From assembly GCF_009914755.1 (NCBI RefSeq), contig NC_060933.1: DNA of 64,000 nucleotides, one strand, 5' to 3'. Source of the DNA: the human T2T-CHM13v2.0 reference genome, Homo sapiens. The notes under the pieces are model-generated. The model made no database searches, was not told the DNA's origin, and saw nothing but the letters and a program-made list of their open reading frames with translations. A program made the position numbers and the translations under genes. Shown here one piece after another: positions 44,236 through 57,934 of this stretch (position 1 is the stretch's first letter; each line of letters opens with the position of its first letter).

Positions 44236-46180
44236 AAGGAAGATTCCTTAAAATCGTAAGTGTCATCTATGACAAGCCCACAGTTAACATTATACCAAAT
44301 GGGCAAAAACTGGAAGCATTCCCCTTGAGAACTGGAAGAAAACAAGGATGCCCATTCTCATCATCTCTATCTAACATAGCATCAGAAGTTCTAGCCAGAG
44401 CAATTAGGCAAGATAAAGAAATAAAAGGCATCCAAATAGGAAAAGAATAAGTCAAATTATTTCTCTTCACTGACAATATGATCCTATAGTTAGAAAACCC
44501 TAAGGACTCTGACAAAAGACTATGAGAACTGATAAACAATTTTAGCAAGGTTTCAGAATACAAAATCAATGTACAAAAACAAGCAACATTTCTATACACC
44601 AATAATGATGAAGCTAAGAGAAATCAAGAATACAATCCCATTTATAATAGCTGCACATGCACAAAAATACCTAGGGGTACATATAACCAAGGAGGTGAAA
44701 TTGAAGAACTTCAGAATACTGCTAAAAGGCATCATAAATGACACAAATAACAGTCCATGCATATGGATTGGAAGACTCAATATTACTAAAAGCAATCTAT
44801 AGATTCAATGCTATTCCTATCAAATTTCCAACATCATTTTTCACATAATTGGAAAAAAACTGCTAATATTCATATTGAAAAACAAAGATCCCAAATAGCC
44901 AAAGCAATCCTAAGCAAAAAGAACCAAACCAAAGGCATCTCATTACCTGACTTCAAACTATACTATAAGTCTACAGTAACCAAAACAGCATGGTACTGGC
45001 ACAAAAACAGACACATAGACCAGTGGAAGAGAAAAAAAAAAGCAACAAAAAACAGAAATAAAGTCACACACCTACATCCATCTGATATTCGACAAAGTTA
45101 TCAAAAATAACCAGTGGGGAAAGGACTCCTTCTTTAATAAATGGTATTGAGACAACTGGCCAGCCATATCCAGAAGAATGAAACTAGACCCCTATATACT
45201 ATATACAAAAATTAACTCAAGATGGATTAAAGATTTAAATGTAAGACCTCAAACTATAAGAATCCTAGAAAAAAACCTAGGAAATACCCTTCTCAACATC
45301 AGCCTTGGAAAAGAATTTATTACTAAGTCCTCAAAAACAATTGCAACAAAACCAAAACATGACAAATTAGACCTATTGAACTAAAGAGCTTATGCACAGC
45401 AAAAGAAACTATCAACAGAGTAAATAGACAACCTACAGAAGGGGAAAAAATATTCACAAACTGTGCATCCGACAAAGATCTAATATCCAGAATCTATAAG
45501 GAACTTAAACAATTGAACAAGCAAAAACAAACAAACAAACAAACAAACAACAAAACAACAAACAAACAAAATAAATAAGCCCATGAAAAAATGGACCATA
45601 GACATGAACAGACACTTCTTAAAAGAAGACACACAGGTGGCCAATAAACACATAAAAAAATGCTATCATCACTAACATAAGAGAAAGGCAAATCAAAACC
45701 ACAGTGAGATACTATCTCACACTAGTCAGAATGGCAATTATTAAAGTAAAAAAAAAAAACAATAGATGTTGGTGAGGTTGTGGAAAAAAGAGAATGCTTA
45801 TACACTGTTGGTGGGAATGTAAATTAGTCCTGCCACTATGGAAAGCAGTTTGGAGATTCCTCAAAGAACTTAAAGCAGAATTGCTATATGACTCAGCAAT
45901 CCCATTATTTGATTGGATATGAAATGAAAACAAATCATCCTACTAAATGGAAAGAAATCATCCTACCAAAAAGACACATGCACTTGCATGTTCACTGTGG
46001 CACTATCCACAATGGCAAAAACATGGGATCAGCACAGATGCCCCATTAACAGTGGGCTGGATAAAGAAAATGTGGTACATATATACCATGGAATACTACA
46101 TAGCCATAAAAAAATAAAAACCATGTCCTTTGCAACAACATAGATGAAGCTGGAGGCCATTATCCTAAGCGAATTAACAC
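44236..46180 (+). mobile_element. Non-inverted 3' segment of the same L1; terminal 3'UTR/poly(A) missing
   Basis: atctatgacaagcccacag onward; ORF2p fragments ([15 protein letters not shown]). Confidence 0.92.
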
Positions 46181-46329
46181 ACCAAATCAATCTTGGAGGT
46201 CAATAACTAAGAACGTGGTATCAAAAACAATAGAAAATTAATGAGTCACTTAGTATATGGTATTGAAAATGATTCATAACATGCAAAAAATAAAACTGAA
46301 TTCTTACTGAAATATACGTATGTTATTTA

Positions 46330-47365
46330 TCATAACAGCAACATTTATACAATGCTCAGTATGTACAGGCAGGCACTTTTTTTAAATTAAAGTTTTAGGG
46401 TACAAGTGCACAACGTGCAGGTGTGTTACATATGTATACCTGTGCCATGTTGGTGTGCTGCATCCATTAACTCGTCATTTAGCATTAGGTATATCTCCTA
46501 AAGCTATCCCTCCTCCCTCCCTCCACCCCACGAGAGGCCCCGGTGTGTGATGTTCCCCTTCCTGTGTCCAAGTGTTCTCATTGTTCAATTCCTACCTATG
46601 AGTGAGAACATGTGGTGTTTGGTTTTTTTTTCCCTGCGATAGTTTGCTGAGAATGATGGTTTCCAGCTTCATCCATGTCCCTACAAAGGACATGAACTCA
46701 TCCCTTTTTATGGCTGCATAGTATTCCACGGTGTATATGTGCCACATTTTCTTAATCCAGTCTATCATTGTTGGACATTTGGGTTGGTTCCAAGTCTTTG
46801 CTATTGTGAATAGTGCTGCAATAAACATACGTGTGCATGTGTCTTTACAGCAGCATGATTTATAATCCTTTGGGTATATACCCAGTAATGGGATGGCTGG
46901 GTCAAATGGTATTTCTAGTTCTAGGTCCTTAAGGAATTGCCACACTGTCTTCCACAATGGTTGAACTAGTTTACAGTCCCACCAACAGTGTAAAAGTGTT
47001 CCTATTTCTCCACATCCTCTCCAGCACCTGTTGTTTCCTGACTTTTTAATGATCGCCATTCTAACTGGTGTGAGATGGTATCTCATTGTGGTTTTGATTT
47101 GCATTTCTCTGATCGCCAGTGATGATAAGCATTTTTTCATGTGTCAGGCAGGCACTTTTCTCAGTGTTATTTATGTATTACCTCATTCAGTTCTTACCAT
47201 AATCTTATTGGGTTCATTAGTACTACCAACCCCATTTTACACACAAAGGAAAAGTTATTTAAAGGTTAAGTTATCCAAATTCACTGGATTAGTAAGTGAA
47301 GGAGCCAAGACTGTGAATCCAAATAGTGTGATTTCAGTATCCCTTGTCTTAATTACTATACTGTC
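46330..47365 (-). mobile_element. MIR split by an L1PA insertion
   Basis: acagcaacatttat...atgtacaggc / cctcattcagttcttacc...cccattttacac...ggagccaagactgtgaatcc. Confidence 0.75.
46381..47144 (-). mobile_element. L1PA3/4-like 5'-truncated 3' end (~760 bp)
   Basis: 15-bp perfect TSD caggcaggcactttt 46366-46380 / 47145-47159; near-consensus ORF2p C-terminus (46592-47140). Confidence 0.97.
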
Positions 47366-49049
47366 AATGCAAAATTATAAATTAAACAGTAAGTGTGACA
47401 TAGATATGAGAAAGTACCTTCCAAACAAAATCCAAAAAGCAAGATCATTGAGACAAAGAAAGAATGGATTTTGTAAAATAAGAATTAAAGATTTTTATTC
47501 ACTGAAGATTGAATGGAAAAAGTTCACAAAAATCAGATGATAGCTTGGTAGAGAAAATTTAATTTGTAGTGTCTAAAACTGACAAGAGATTTATAATTAG
47601 ATTATTAAGCAAGTCCGATTAATTAAGAAGAAGATAGCAACTCGATTAAAAAATAAGCAAACATAATGGACATTTAATAAACAAAAGGAACCACTCCTCC
47701 TCCTCATCCCATTCCTCCCTCTAAAACCATTTATAATGAAATGATGCCCAAATTCATATCGTTAGAGAAACAGAAACTAAAACACTGACATCACTTTTCA
47801 CTCATGGTATTAACGAAAATTAAAAAGCCGAATCGTGCCAAGTGTTGGCAGGGTTACAGGTGCCCTCATCAAATTCCTGTAGATGTTACAGACTGAGACA
47901 ACCATCTTGGAGAATGATCTGGCAGTCCTTTGGCAAATTCAGAACATGCACAGACTATGACCATCAAAGCCACTCCTGAGCATATATTCCATATAAACTT
48001 TTCCTCAAATATGAAAGGATTCATATGCACAGAAGTTCATTAGTACATTGTTTGTGTTATTGAAGAGTTAGAGCTTGCTAGGTAAATGTAATAGTTTCAT
48101 ATTATACAAGACTATAAATCAGATCAAAGCAAAGGTAACATACATCCAGCAATATGGATGAAATTTCAAAACAATGCTGAACAAAAATAAGATACAGAAT
48201 GAGTTCTATGTTTTATAAAAAAGTATGCAAATAAAACTTATTAGAATATTGGCTATTAGGGGAGAGAAATGGGAATGGGGAATGAAGAAAAAAGAGAATA
48301 AATAAATGGATGGATCGATGGGTAAATAAAACTGACCAATATTGATAGTGAGCCATCAGAATGAGGAGTATGATCTCATACCTTTGCCCCTAGGGTCAAG
48401 AAAAGTATAAAAAAGTAATAAGAAAGCAAAATCAACAAAAGACCCAGACTTTTTATAGAGTTTACATTCTAAAGCAGGAGATAGATATCCAACTACTAAT
48501 TACAACATTGCCTTTTAAATTACTATTTTGATTAGTGTCATCATAGATGAAAGCATGGTGTGTTATGAGAATGTAATAAGGTGTAAAAGAAAATTAGTAT
48601 TTATCTCAAGTAGAAACCACTAGATGAGTGTTTGTGAGATACAGGAAATTGGACTAGGAGTTAGGTACTTATTCCACCCAATTTTAAAACTAAAGGGTAT
48701 GTGGAGTTGCCATGTGTTCAGTTTATAACTAGAAATTCTAGACTCGTTTATTATTTTTGTCTAGAAACAATATATATTAGGCAAATTTGAGCATGAGTGT
48801 TCTTGCTCATTCTCTAGGCTAGTGCTATGGGCTTATCAGCATAATTTACATATTAAATAAAAGAGCATAAGCCATATCATCTGTATATCTGCAGAAACAC
48901 TATGACAGCCCTACACAGTAGAGCTGAAAATAGCATCTTTTCAAAAATAGTGAGTTCTAAATAATCTCTGTTTAAAGATGAATAACCAGAAAGAAACTTG
49001 GTCTTGACTTGTGAAAAAATTCTGCAAAACCAAAGAAAGAGTCCATCAT

Positions 49050-49870
49050 CCAAAAGATTATAAAAAGTCAACCATCTAAAACTTGTTTATTTAAGGAAAC
49101 AGTAGAAAATTATTTTTAAAAGTGATAATCAAATACAAGAATTCATGAATTCTATGAGACAGCAAAAAGAGACAAGGAAACAATAAGCTATTAAAAAAGA
49201 CATAGAAGTGGAGAAAAGAAAAAACCACTAAAAACCCCAAATTACAACTAAAAATCTGCTTCAGAGCACATAAAATTGACATTACAAAAACTCAAATCAG
49301 TGAGGTCAACACCTTAGAAACTCTTTCAAAACCAACCTAACAAACAGAAAATCTAAGTTCAAGCAAAATTTTCAGTTGTTTTTGATAAAGCAGGACAAAA
49401 TAAAACCAAAACACATGGAAGAAAACTAAAAGATGCAATACAGGTAGCTCATCTGAAGACATACTTCTGAGTTGAAGAGAGCTTTGAGTGTGCATTTTAC
49501 AAAACAAAACAAAACAAAACAAAACAACAACAACAACAACAAAAACCAAACAAAAAACACAGAATTAACCGGAGATATGTTCTAATGAAATCTTTAAGTT
49601 ATAAAAGTTTTTAAAAAGCCTAAAAGCATTTTCATAGAAATTCAGGATATCAACAAAGAAACAAATATCAAACTGTCACAATTCTTTTCTTCTATAACTT
49701 TAAAATGTTAGAAAACAATTCTTCAAATGTGTCACATTATTTGCAAATATATGTAATTTTCAACGAACATTTTAACCCAAGTAATTTATATTGAGTCAAA
49801 TTGTTATTATATACAAAAACAAGAAATACTTTATTAGATATAAGTTAACTTAGAATTTATGTCTTTACTG
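49050..49870 (+). mobile_element. Ancient L1 ORF1-like (L1M/HAL1) relic containing (AAAAC)n/(AAC)n at ~49500-49560
   Basis: A-rich; IKLSQFFSSITL resembles IRLTxDFSxETL, and a PxILYPAKL-like stretch lies near 49770-49805. Confidence 0.5.
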
Positions 49871-49994
49871 AATATCATGAGCCAAAGACATACTTCAGCT
49901 GGCCAAGATATAGACACATATAATCCACAATTGAGAAAAATGAGAAATTAAAAAAAACCCCAAAACCTTCCTGCCTGTTCAAAGTCAATATAAT

Positions 49995-50200
49995 ACAGTG
50001 GTTAAATACTGGCTTGAGCTTGAGTTCACAGCCTGGCTCCTGTAATTACTTGATTTCTTTGTATTTCATTTTCTTTATCTGTGAGATGGGAAGGACAGTT
50101 ATGCCTAATTCACAAAGTTATTGTGAATATTAAATGAATTGATATAGGTAAGTGTTTAGGATGAGGTCTGCTACATAGTTAAAGTTCAATGAACATGATC
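49995..50200 (+). mobile_element. MIR
   Basis: cagtggttaa...cctggctcc...ttctttatctgtgagatggg...ttgtgaatattaaatga. Confidence 0.75.
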
Positions 50201-50324
50201 TATAATTACATGTTTAGATTCTAGTGGCAAACTATTGAAGTTTCCTCTTTTGTAAAATTTGTATGGGGAAATCATCCTATCTAACGAGATGACAGACAAT
50301 GAAGTCAAACAATAATAATATTAA

Positions 50325-50510
50325 TAATAATTAAATATTTATTGAACAATTAATATGTGGCAAGAATTAGATATATATTACTTTATTTAATCCTGATAAT
50401 AAATCTGAAAAGTAACTACTATTATTATTCTCATTTTATAAATAAGAAAAATAAGGCCAGAAGAATAAGCCATTTCTAAAATCACACAGCTTGCAAGTGG
50501 CAGAGCTAGG
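50325..50510 (-). mobile_element. MIR
   Basis: atttattgaac...atttaatcctgataat...cattttataaataagaaaa...tcacacagcttgcaagtggcagagctagga. Confidence 0.8.
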
Positions 50511-51194
50511 ATAATTCATTAAAGTATATTATTCATATTTTCCTACACCAGATTTGAATCAAGCTATACTATCTCATTGCATACCTCTTTTACTTTAAAT
50601 ACTCTTATCACAAAATTTAAATTATTTAAAATAGCATACAATTCTGTGGCAGGCTAGTTCAGAGGGAAAAAGATATTTAAATGGCCTAACATGAAAGAAC
50701 TCAATCCAGGAGACAGTTCTGATAGCATTACCTCACCCAATGACCAACTAACCTCACATATGCATCTATGATATTATACCTTACCATATGCGTTCTTGAT
50801 ATGTCTCTCTTTCTCTTTCAGTAGACTAATACGGGACTGGTGTTTAATAAATGCATGTTAAATTTTAGTTGAGAGCCACTGATAACATTTCCTAAAGAAA
50901 CTTTTCAATAACTCTATTAGACATGAATAAAATACAAAAGAATGACAAAAATATCGCAAAGAAGACGTTAACACATCCTGATTCAAAGGATTTTTCCCCA
51001 AAAGTCACATTTAACATTTCCCCAAAAGTGACATTTAAATGAATCAAACATACATACTAATTGTCTTAGAATACATTTACAATTAGGAAGAATTAGTGTA
51101 GAAGAAAAAGAAGAAAGGGAAGAGGAGAGGGAAGGAGGGAAGGAAAGGAGATAGGAAGGGAAGAATGAAAGAAAAGAACAAATGAAATGGAAGT

Positions 51195-51345
51195 GAATAT
51201 TTATTGAGGACTGTTAGTCAATAACCTTGATATTAATATGCATTATCTCATTTAATTCTTATAAAAACACTTCACGGATGCAAAGGATTTCCTTTTTCAG
51301 TAAGAAAACTGAAAACCAAGACAGGTTGAAAACTTCCTAGTGATG
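51195..51345 (-). mobile_element. MIR, preceded by a GA-rich tract (51100-51185)
   Basis: atttattgagg...cattatctcatttaattcttat...aagaaaactga. Confidence 0.65.
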
Positions 51346-51704
51346 CTTATAACCAAGTACAGACTTTTGTTTTAATCTACATTTTTCCCAAGAACATTTA
51401 ATGAATGGAAATCTACCAAGGTTTGCAAGCTGTCCTGAGACATAAATATGTGCCATAGATAAATGGTGACAACATTCAACTAGGAAACACATTCCTATTC
51501 TAGTTAACTTGTTTTTGAGTGGATCAATGTTTTAGAGACGTTTAATAGACTAGTAGATAAAATTTAAGTTTCTTTCTGCTTTCATTTGCAGGCATATTAC
51601 TCTTCATTGACTGCCCCCAGGGAGAAAAAAAAAAACACTTTCATAGCTGAAAGATATTATTGAGAAGTATGTGCATTATGATTCAAATTAAAGAAATTGC
51701 CTTT

Positions 51705-52944
51705 TAAAAATATTCAGCTTTGATTTTAGACACAGGTGTCAAATGTATAGATTTGTTAGATGAATATATTGGACCCAGGGTGTGAGCATAATACTCAATA
51801 GGTAGTTTTTCAACCCACTCCCTCCTCCTTCTCTCCTCCCTCTAATCAACTGCCAAGTCTATTTTTTTCCATATTTATGTCCCTGCGCGCTCAATGTTTA
51901 GCTCCCATTTATAGACGGACACACAGGATTTAGTTTTCTGTTTCTCCATTAATTTGCTTAGGATAATGACCCCTAGCTTTAACCATGTTGCTGCAAAGGA
52001 CATGATTTCATTCTTTTTTATGGCTGCGTAGTATTCCACAGTACATATGTATCACATTTTCTTTATCCAATCCACCGTTGATAGGTACCTAGGTTGATTC
52101 CATGTCTTTGCCATTATGAATTGTGTTGCAATGAACATATGAGTGCATGTGTCTTTTTAGTATAATGATCTATATTCCTTTGGGTATATACTCAGTAATG
52201 GGGTTGCTAGGTTGAATGGTAGCTCTGTTTTAAGTTCTTTGAGAAATCTCCAAAATGCTTTCTACAGTGGCTGAACTAATTAACATTCCCACCAACAGTG
52301 TATAAGCATTCCCATTTCTCTGTAGCCTCTCCAGCATTTGCTGTTTTTTGACTTTTAATAATCACCATTCTGAGTGATGTGAAATGGCATCTCATTGTGG
52401 TTTTGATTTGTATTTCTCTGATGATTAGTGATGTAGAGCATTTTTTCATGTGTTTGTTGGCTGCTTGTATGTCTTCTTTTAAGAAATACTTCTTTGTGTC
52501 TTTTGCCCACTTTTAATAGGGTTGTTTTTTGCTTGTTTAATTGTTTACATTTCTTATAGATTCTAGACATTAGACCTTTGTCAGATTCATTGGAAGTATG
52601 TTCTCCCATACTGTAGGTGGTCTGCTTACTCTGTCCATAGTTTCTTTTGTTTTGCAGAAGTGCTTTAGGTCCCATTTGCCAACTTTTGTTTTTGTTGCAA
52701 TTACTTTTGGGGACTTGTCCATAAATTCTTTGCCAAGGTCGATGTTGAGAAGGGTATTTCCTAGGTTTTCCTTTAGGATTTTTATAGTTCGAGGTCTTAC
52801 ATTTAAATCTTTAACCCATTCTGAGTTAATTTTTGTACGTAGTGAAAGGTAAAGATCTAATTTCATTCTTCTGCATGTGGCTAGCCAGTTATCCCAGCAC
52901 CATTTATTGAAAAGGGAATCTTTTTCTTATTGCTTGTTTTTGTC
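51705..52944 (-). mobile_element. L1PA15/16-L1PB-like 5'-truncated LINE-1
   Basis: 13-bp TSD agaaattgccttt 51692-51704 / 52945-52957; ORF2p fragment MKLDLYL... Confidence 0.94.
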
Positions 52945-53006
52945 AGAAATTGCCTTTAAAAAAATTACAGTTCTACTAGTGTACCAACTCTTGGGTATAC
53001 TCCTTT

Positions 53007-53125
53007 TTAATTTTATTTTATTTATTATACTTTAAATTCTGGGATACATGTGCAGAACATGCAGCTTTGTTACATAGGTATACATGCGCCATGGTGGTTT
53101 GCTGTACCCATCAACCCATCATCTA
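53007..53125 (-). mobile_element. Very short (~120 bp) L1PA7/8 3' terminus
   Basis: ttattatactttaaattctgggatacatgtgcagaac; TSD gggtatactccttt / ggatatgctccttt. Confidence 0.9.
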
Positions 53126-53427
53126 GGATATGCTCCTTTTAATGTGCTACTTTTCGAAGGCCAAGGAGCTATTTTCAGGATGGCATCTGTTGCCATCAGT
53201 AGAGGAATGGCCATTTCCCTTCACTGGATTATCTGAATTGACCATGTATACTGCTTACGTTTATTAATCCTCTTTAAGCCTTTGCTTACTCTATGTCATC
53301 TATAACCGACTTTAGAATCACATTAAAAGAATAAAGATGCAGACAGTAATAGTATATACTATTAGTATATAATAGTATATACCACTAATATACATTAACA
53401 TACCCTATGCACCAAGAAAGATATTTG

Positions 53428-53730
<303 letters not shown>

Positions 53731-54439
53731 GATTTTCAGAGACTGTTTATCAAAGTAGTTTGATAACATGATGAAGGGAATGGATACATATTGAATATAT
53801 TCTTGTGTGTAAATAAACTTCTACTTTACCCATGTAAACAATTTTAGTCATTAGGAGATACCAAAAAGTAAAAATACTGATGATGTTATTGATTCCTAAT
53901 GATAATTAAACAATCACTTTGTTTCAAGAACATTTCTATGTACTCCTAACTCTGCTTTTCAGTTGAAGAAACTGAGGCCTAGGAAGATTAGGTAACTTGT
54001 GTGAAGCTGGTAATATATTATTCCATTGAAAAGAAATAATTGATTCATTTAATCTCTATGTACATATAATTACAAAAGGAAGATCTACCTTGTCTATTTA
54101 ATTACATGGTATATAGTAAAAATATTCAAAATGTTTAGATATGTTTTTTGAAATCTGAAATTAATGTTATATTAATGACAATTTCAGGAAAGGACTGAGT
54201 TTTTTCCTATCTGCAAAGAATAAACATTGAACTATGAGTAAGCCTCATAAAATTACTTATCTTGATGTATGTATTTATTCAGTGTAATAAACATTTTGGA
54301 TAAATATGTAACTCTGATACTTTTTAGATATATTAAAACATTTTAAATCTCACATATTTCCTGCAGAAAAGATGGAAATTACAGAAAACTATATTGAGAA
54401 ACCATATATATATATATTTGTATATATATATACACATCC

Positions 54440-54680
54440 AAAATTGATATTAAATGATAAATTTTCTCTATGCTAGCTTTCTTACTTAGCATTATATCAT
54501 GACAGCATTTGTACTTCAAAAACATGATTTTCATTGGTTGCTTAATAATATATAGATATGTTGTAATTAATTTAAGTAATCCCTCATAGTTGTACATTTA
54601 ATTTGCTTCCACTTTGCCATTACCGTAAAACATCTGTAAGATGATATGTTTTTGCCTTCACTTTGAAATATTTCCTCAGG
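54440..54680 (-). mobile_element. L1ME fragment
   Basis: ttacttagcattatatcatgac; tgtacatttaatttgcttccac. Confidence 0.55.
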
Positions 54681-55509
54681 ATACAACTAAGTATTTTTCT
54701 GGGGAGTCCTAATAAATGCAGGATTTACGTGAATGTCATTATATCTCACTTCACTTCCCTTCTTTTTCTGCACCCTTGCTATCTTTTGCCCTATCTGGGG
54801 AAAGTTCACCATATTGTTTGTGTTTAAACTATTTGATAGTTAGGGTAATCACTACTATTAGTTTTGAATCTTTCTCTGGTAATTAGTACAGTGTTTTGCA
54901 CATAGTTATTAAGAAATGTTTGTGGAATAAGTGACCTAGCTCATGATAGAACTAGGACCTAATTAATACTTCCAAATATGACTTGGTAACCACTATCAAA
55001 CACTAGGCTTCATATGTTCTTTTGCTGTGCCAAGTTAATAAGCAAAAGGATTATCTGAGTGATAATAATTAGAAGTCCATTTTAGCAACTCTTCTAGTAA
55101 ATAAAATGGAAAAACATATATAAAGTTTGTGCTTCCACAGCCAATACAAGTATTTGTTTAATCTGGACTACATCAAGTATTTCCTAGACTTAAAACAATT
55201 GCATAAGATTGTCAGTGTAAAGAAAAGTTTTGTCTAATTCAATTTTGGCCTTGTGTTCTTTCTTTTTCTGTACTGGGAAATCTAACCATTGATAACATTT
55301 GATTCATATTTTCCTTACATCCTCTCTACAGTCTGATTTTTAAGAGCCAAATGTGAATTTTAAATATTTTCCTCTCAGAGTAACGTAATTGGAGAGTATT
55401 CCTAAATGGAGGTGGATATTGTTGATTTTTTGGAGTGGTTAAAGCAGTACACTGTACTTGCCTGTTAAGGTGAAGGAAAAGATGCTGTTTTTTCTACGAG
55501 GATGATGTT

Positions 55510-56230
55510 CCTATTTTTATCTCTAACCCTGACTTTTCTTCAAAGCTTCAGTTCTACTTCTCCATTTGTCTGTTGGACATTTCTACCAAGATGGCCATTT
55601 GGCTCTGCAAAAAAGAGCCATCCAAAAATGAACTCTTTAAATCACTTCCCAAACTTGCTTCTCCTGAGATATCTTCTGTTACGCATCCTCTTAACCATCC
55701 ATCAATGATCAGTTACCAAGTCCTGTCGATTCTGTGCTGGTAATATCTCTGATATCTATTCTCTTTCCTCTATTTTCCCAGCAACTTCAAAAATTCGGGC
55801 CTCTATTAGTCTCTGCTGGTTTAACTGACTAATTTACCGTCTTCAAATTTTAACCTTTTGCAAAATTTATCCCACTAAGTCTTGCCAGATTCACAATTTC
55901 AAAGCATAACTTGGATCCTATCATCCCTAATCAAAATACTTTAAAGGCTTCCAAGATCTCTTAAAGTCCTGACCTGGGATATTCTCCCCTCTATGATCTG
56001 GTTCTATTTAGTATTTCTAAATTATCTTGTTCTAGCTCTCTTCATACATTAGTTAACCTATGCCTCATTTAAACTAAATTATTGGCTGTTTCCCATAAGG
56101 GCTCTATGTGCTGTTATTGAAACTATCAATTCTTTATGAAAAGTTCCCTTTCATTCTATCTTGTCATACAGTCATCATCTTGAACCCTCGAGGTTTTGTT
56201 TAAATGTCATCCCAAGGAAATTTTACTCTC
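55510..56230 (+). mobile_element. L2 fragment
   Basis: tgtctgttggacatttctacc; cagttaccaagtcctgtcgattct. Confidence 0.65.
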
Positions 56231-56919
56231 TATTTTAATAATTCATAAAAATTTATCTATACTATTCTGTAACAAGGAGAATTTTTTTTTTTTTTTTTTG
56301 CTAGTCCTCAATTGTCCCTTTGTTTAGAAGAATCCCCTGGTACACAACTTAGAGATAGAAAGTGAGGTGCCAAGGGCATATCTTGGAAGGAGACAGTAAA
56401 GAGAGTTTTAAATTAACTTATCAAAGAAATGAGGAGATATTTAGGGCTGGGAAAGACTGAGGGAGGTAGAAAATGTAATGGAAAAACGTAATATAGCAGG
56501 TCTTACAGAGAAAGGTGGCCAGTAAAATACTCTCAGTTACAAATATCCAATATTCAATTTTAAATTGTTTATACTGTTGTCTTTTACATGCATAAATGCC
56601 TTGGGGTGTTTCATTTTGTTTGGATTTAAAGTAATCCAAGCAAAGTGTTGGCAGGGAGAAGAAAGAAGAAAAGCATTCTAGGAGATGAGACAAGTAGGAG
56701 ATGAAATTCCAAGGAAACAGAAACTGGAAGCCAGAGTGAATTTGAATCCATAAGCCTTAAGTAATTAACGTAAATTTTGGGGAAGGGAGGTCCTTGCCAT
56801 TCCCACACAATGTGGAATAAGAAGCCTAAGCTGGATTTATCTCAGTCTCAAAGGGTAGCAAGGCCTCAGCTGATGCATGGACAACATTCTTCATCGCCAA
56901 CTTACTTTCTGCTGGCATT

Positions 56920-57060
56920 ATGGTTGTTACTGTGTAAGTCCCTTATCAGTTCTGCTGGAGTACAAATGCTCTGCACTAAGTACCCACCGTTGTACTTTGT
57001 AAAGCTTAGCCTGGTAGTTTTCACATATTGGGCTCTCAATAAATATCCACGGAATGAACT
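56920..57060 (+). mobile_element. MIR fragment
   Basis: tgtaaagcttagcctgg...ggctctcaataaatat. Confidence 0.5.
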
Positions 57061-57104
57061 ATTGGGAAACTATGAGGAAGATTTAGGTACATGGAGTCAG
57101 CATT

Positions 57105-57310
57105 ATTAGGGTGCCTCTATGCAAAATTGAGAAAGGCGCCCTCTTTAGGCAGACTCAGACCTATCAGAGTTAGCTGGTGAAATGACCAAGTGCACGCAGC
57201 CTTGAATCAGGGTAAGGGTTTCGTGGATGCAGCATAAGCTGGAGCTGAAACTTACTCCCCACCACCCCACTTCTCCACCTTGGCTTGTGCCAGGCACAAG
57301 TATAACCTAC
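57105..57310. mobile_element. Possible MER91-like hAT relic carrying a CTCF-like motif (57136-57151)
   Basis: gggtgcctctatgcaaaattgagaaaggcgccctct; GC-richer island; family assignment from memory. Confidence 0.4.
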
Positions 57311-57934
57311 ATAGCCTTGGACGGCAATACTGCTTTGGAGGGAGAGACACAAGGAACAATGGAGGAAATAGTAGTTGCCACATGGAGTCTTAAGTAATGC
57401 TGCTAAGTGAGGCTCAGAAAACGAAAAGGACCTGATTTTAGAGAAGCAAAAGCTACTATATCTTACCTGCTTCACTTTACTGCTAATGATTCCTGAAAAC
57501 GTCTAACACTTTGCAAGGCAATGCACATGTAGTTATTTAGAGTTGACTTTGAACGACATTCATTTGAATCCAATGAGGCTGCCATCTTTATTCTTTTTTT
57601 AATGTTTACAGTCATGGTTACTTTAAAGAGTCTTGTGAAGTTGAAAAATCTCAACTTTGGCAACAGACCCAAACTTGTAATTCATTTCTTGTATGTTTCT
57701 TTTTAAAGGTTAAAAGCAGTTCAGTTCCTTATGTACAGGCACACACCAGGCAAGCCTGAAGTTGTTTAAATTCAAAAGATTATTTTTCAAATTTAGATAA
57801 TTTTAGATAATTCTTAAAAGCATTTATAGCTAACAAAATTATTATGAAATATTCAGAAGTTCTCTGAAGTATTCCTAAAAAACTGAACAATAAACCTAAC
57901 AGATAATAATATCATGATATAAAAGTCTATTGGA

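Larger units (their letters stand above)
46190..48400 (+). mobile_element. Old L1M/L1ME fragment interrupted by MIR and L1PA
   Basis: Degenerate ORF2 3' motifs gccaagtgttggcaggg, acaaccatcttggagaatgatctggcag, ctatgaccatcaaagccactcctg. Confidence 0.65.

Noticed and set aside
47031-47540. 169-aa ORF
   Set aside because: Chimeric read-through of antisense L1PA, MIR and L1M sequence.
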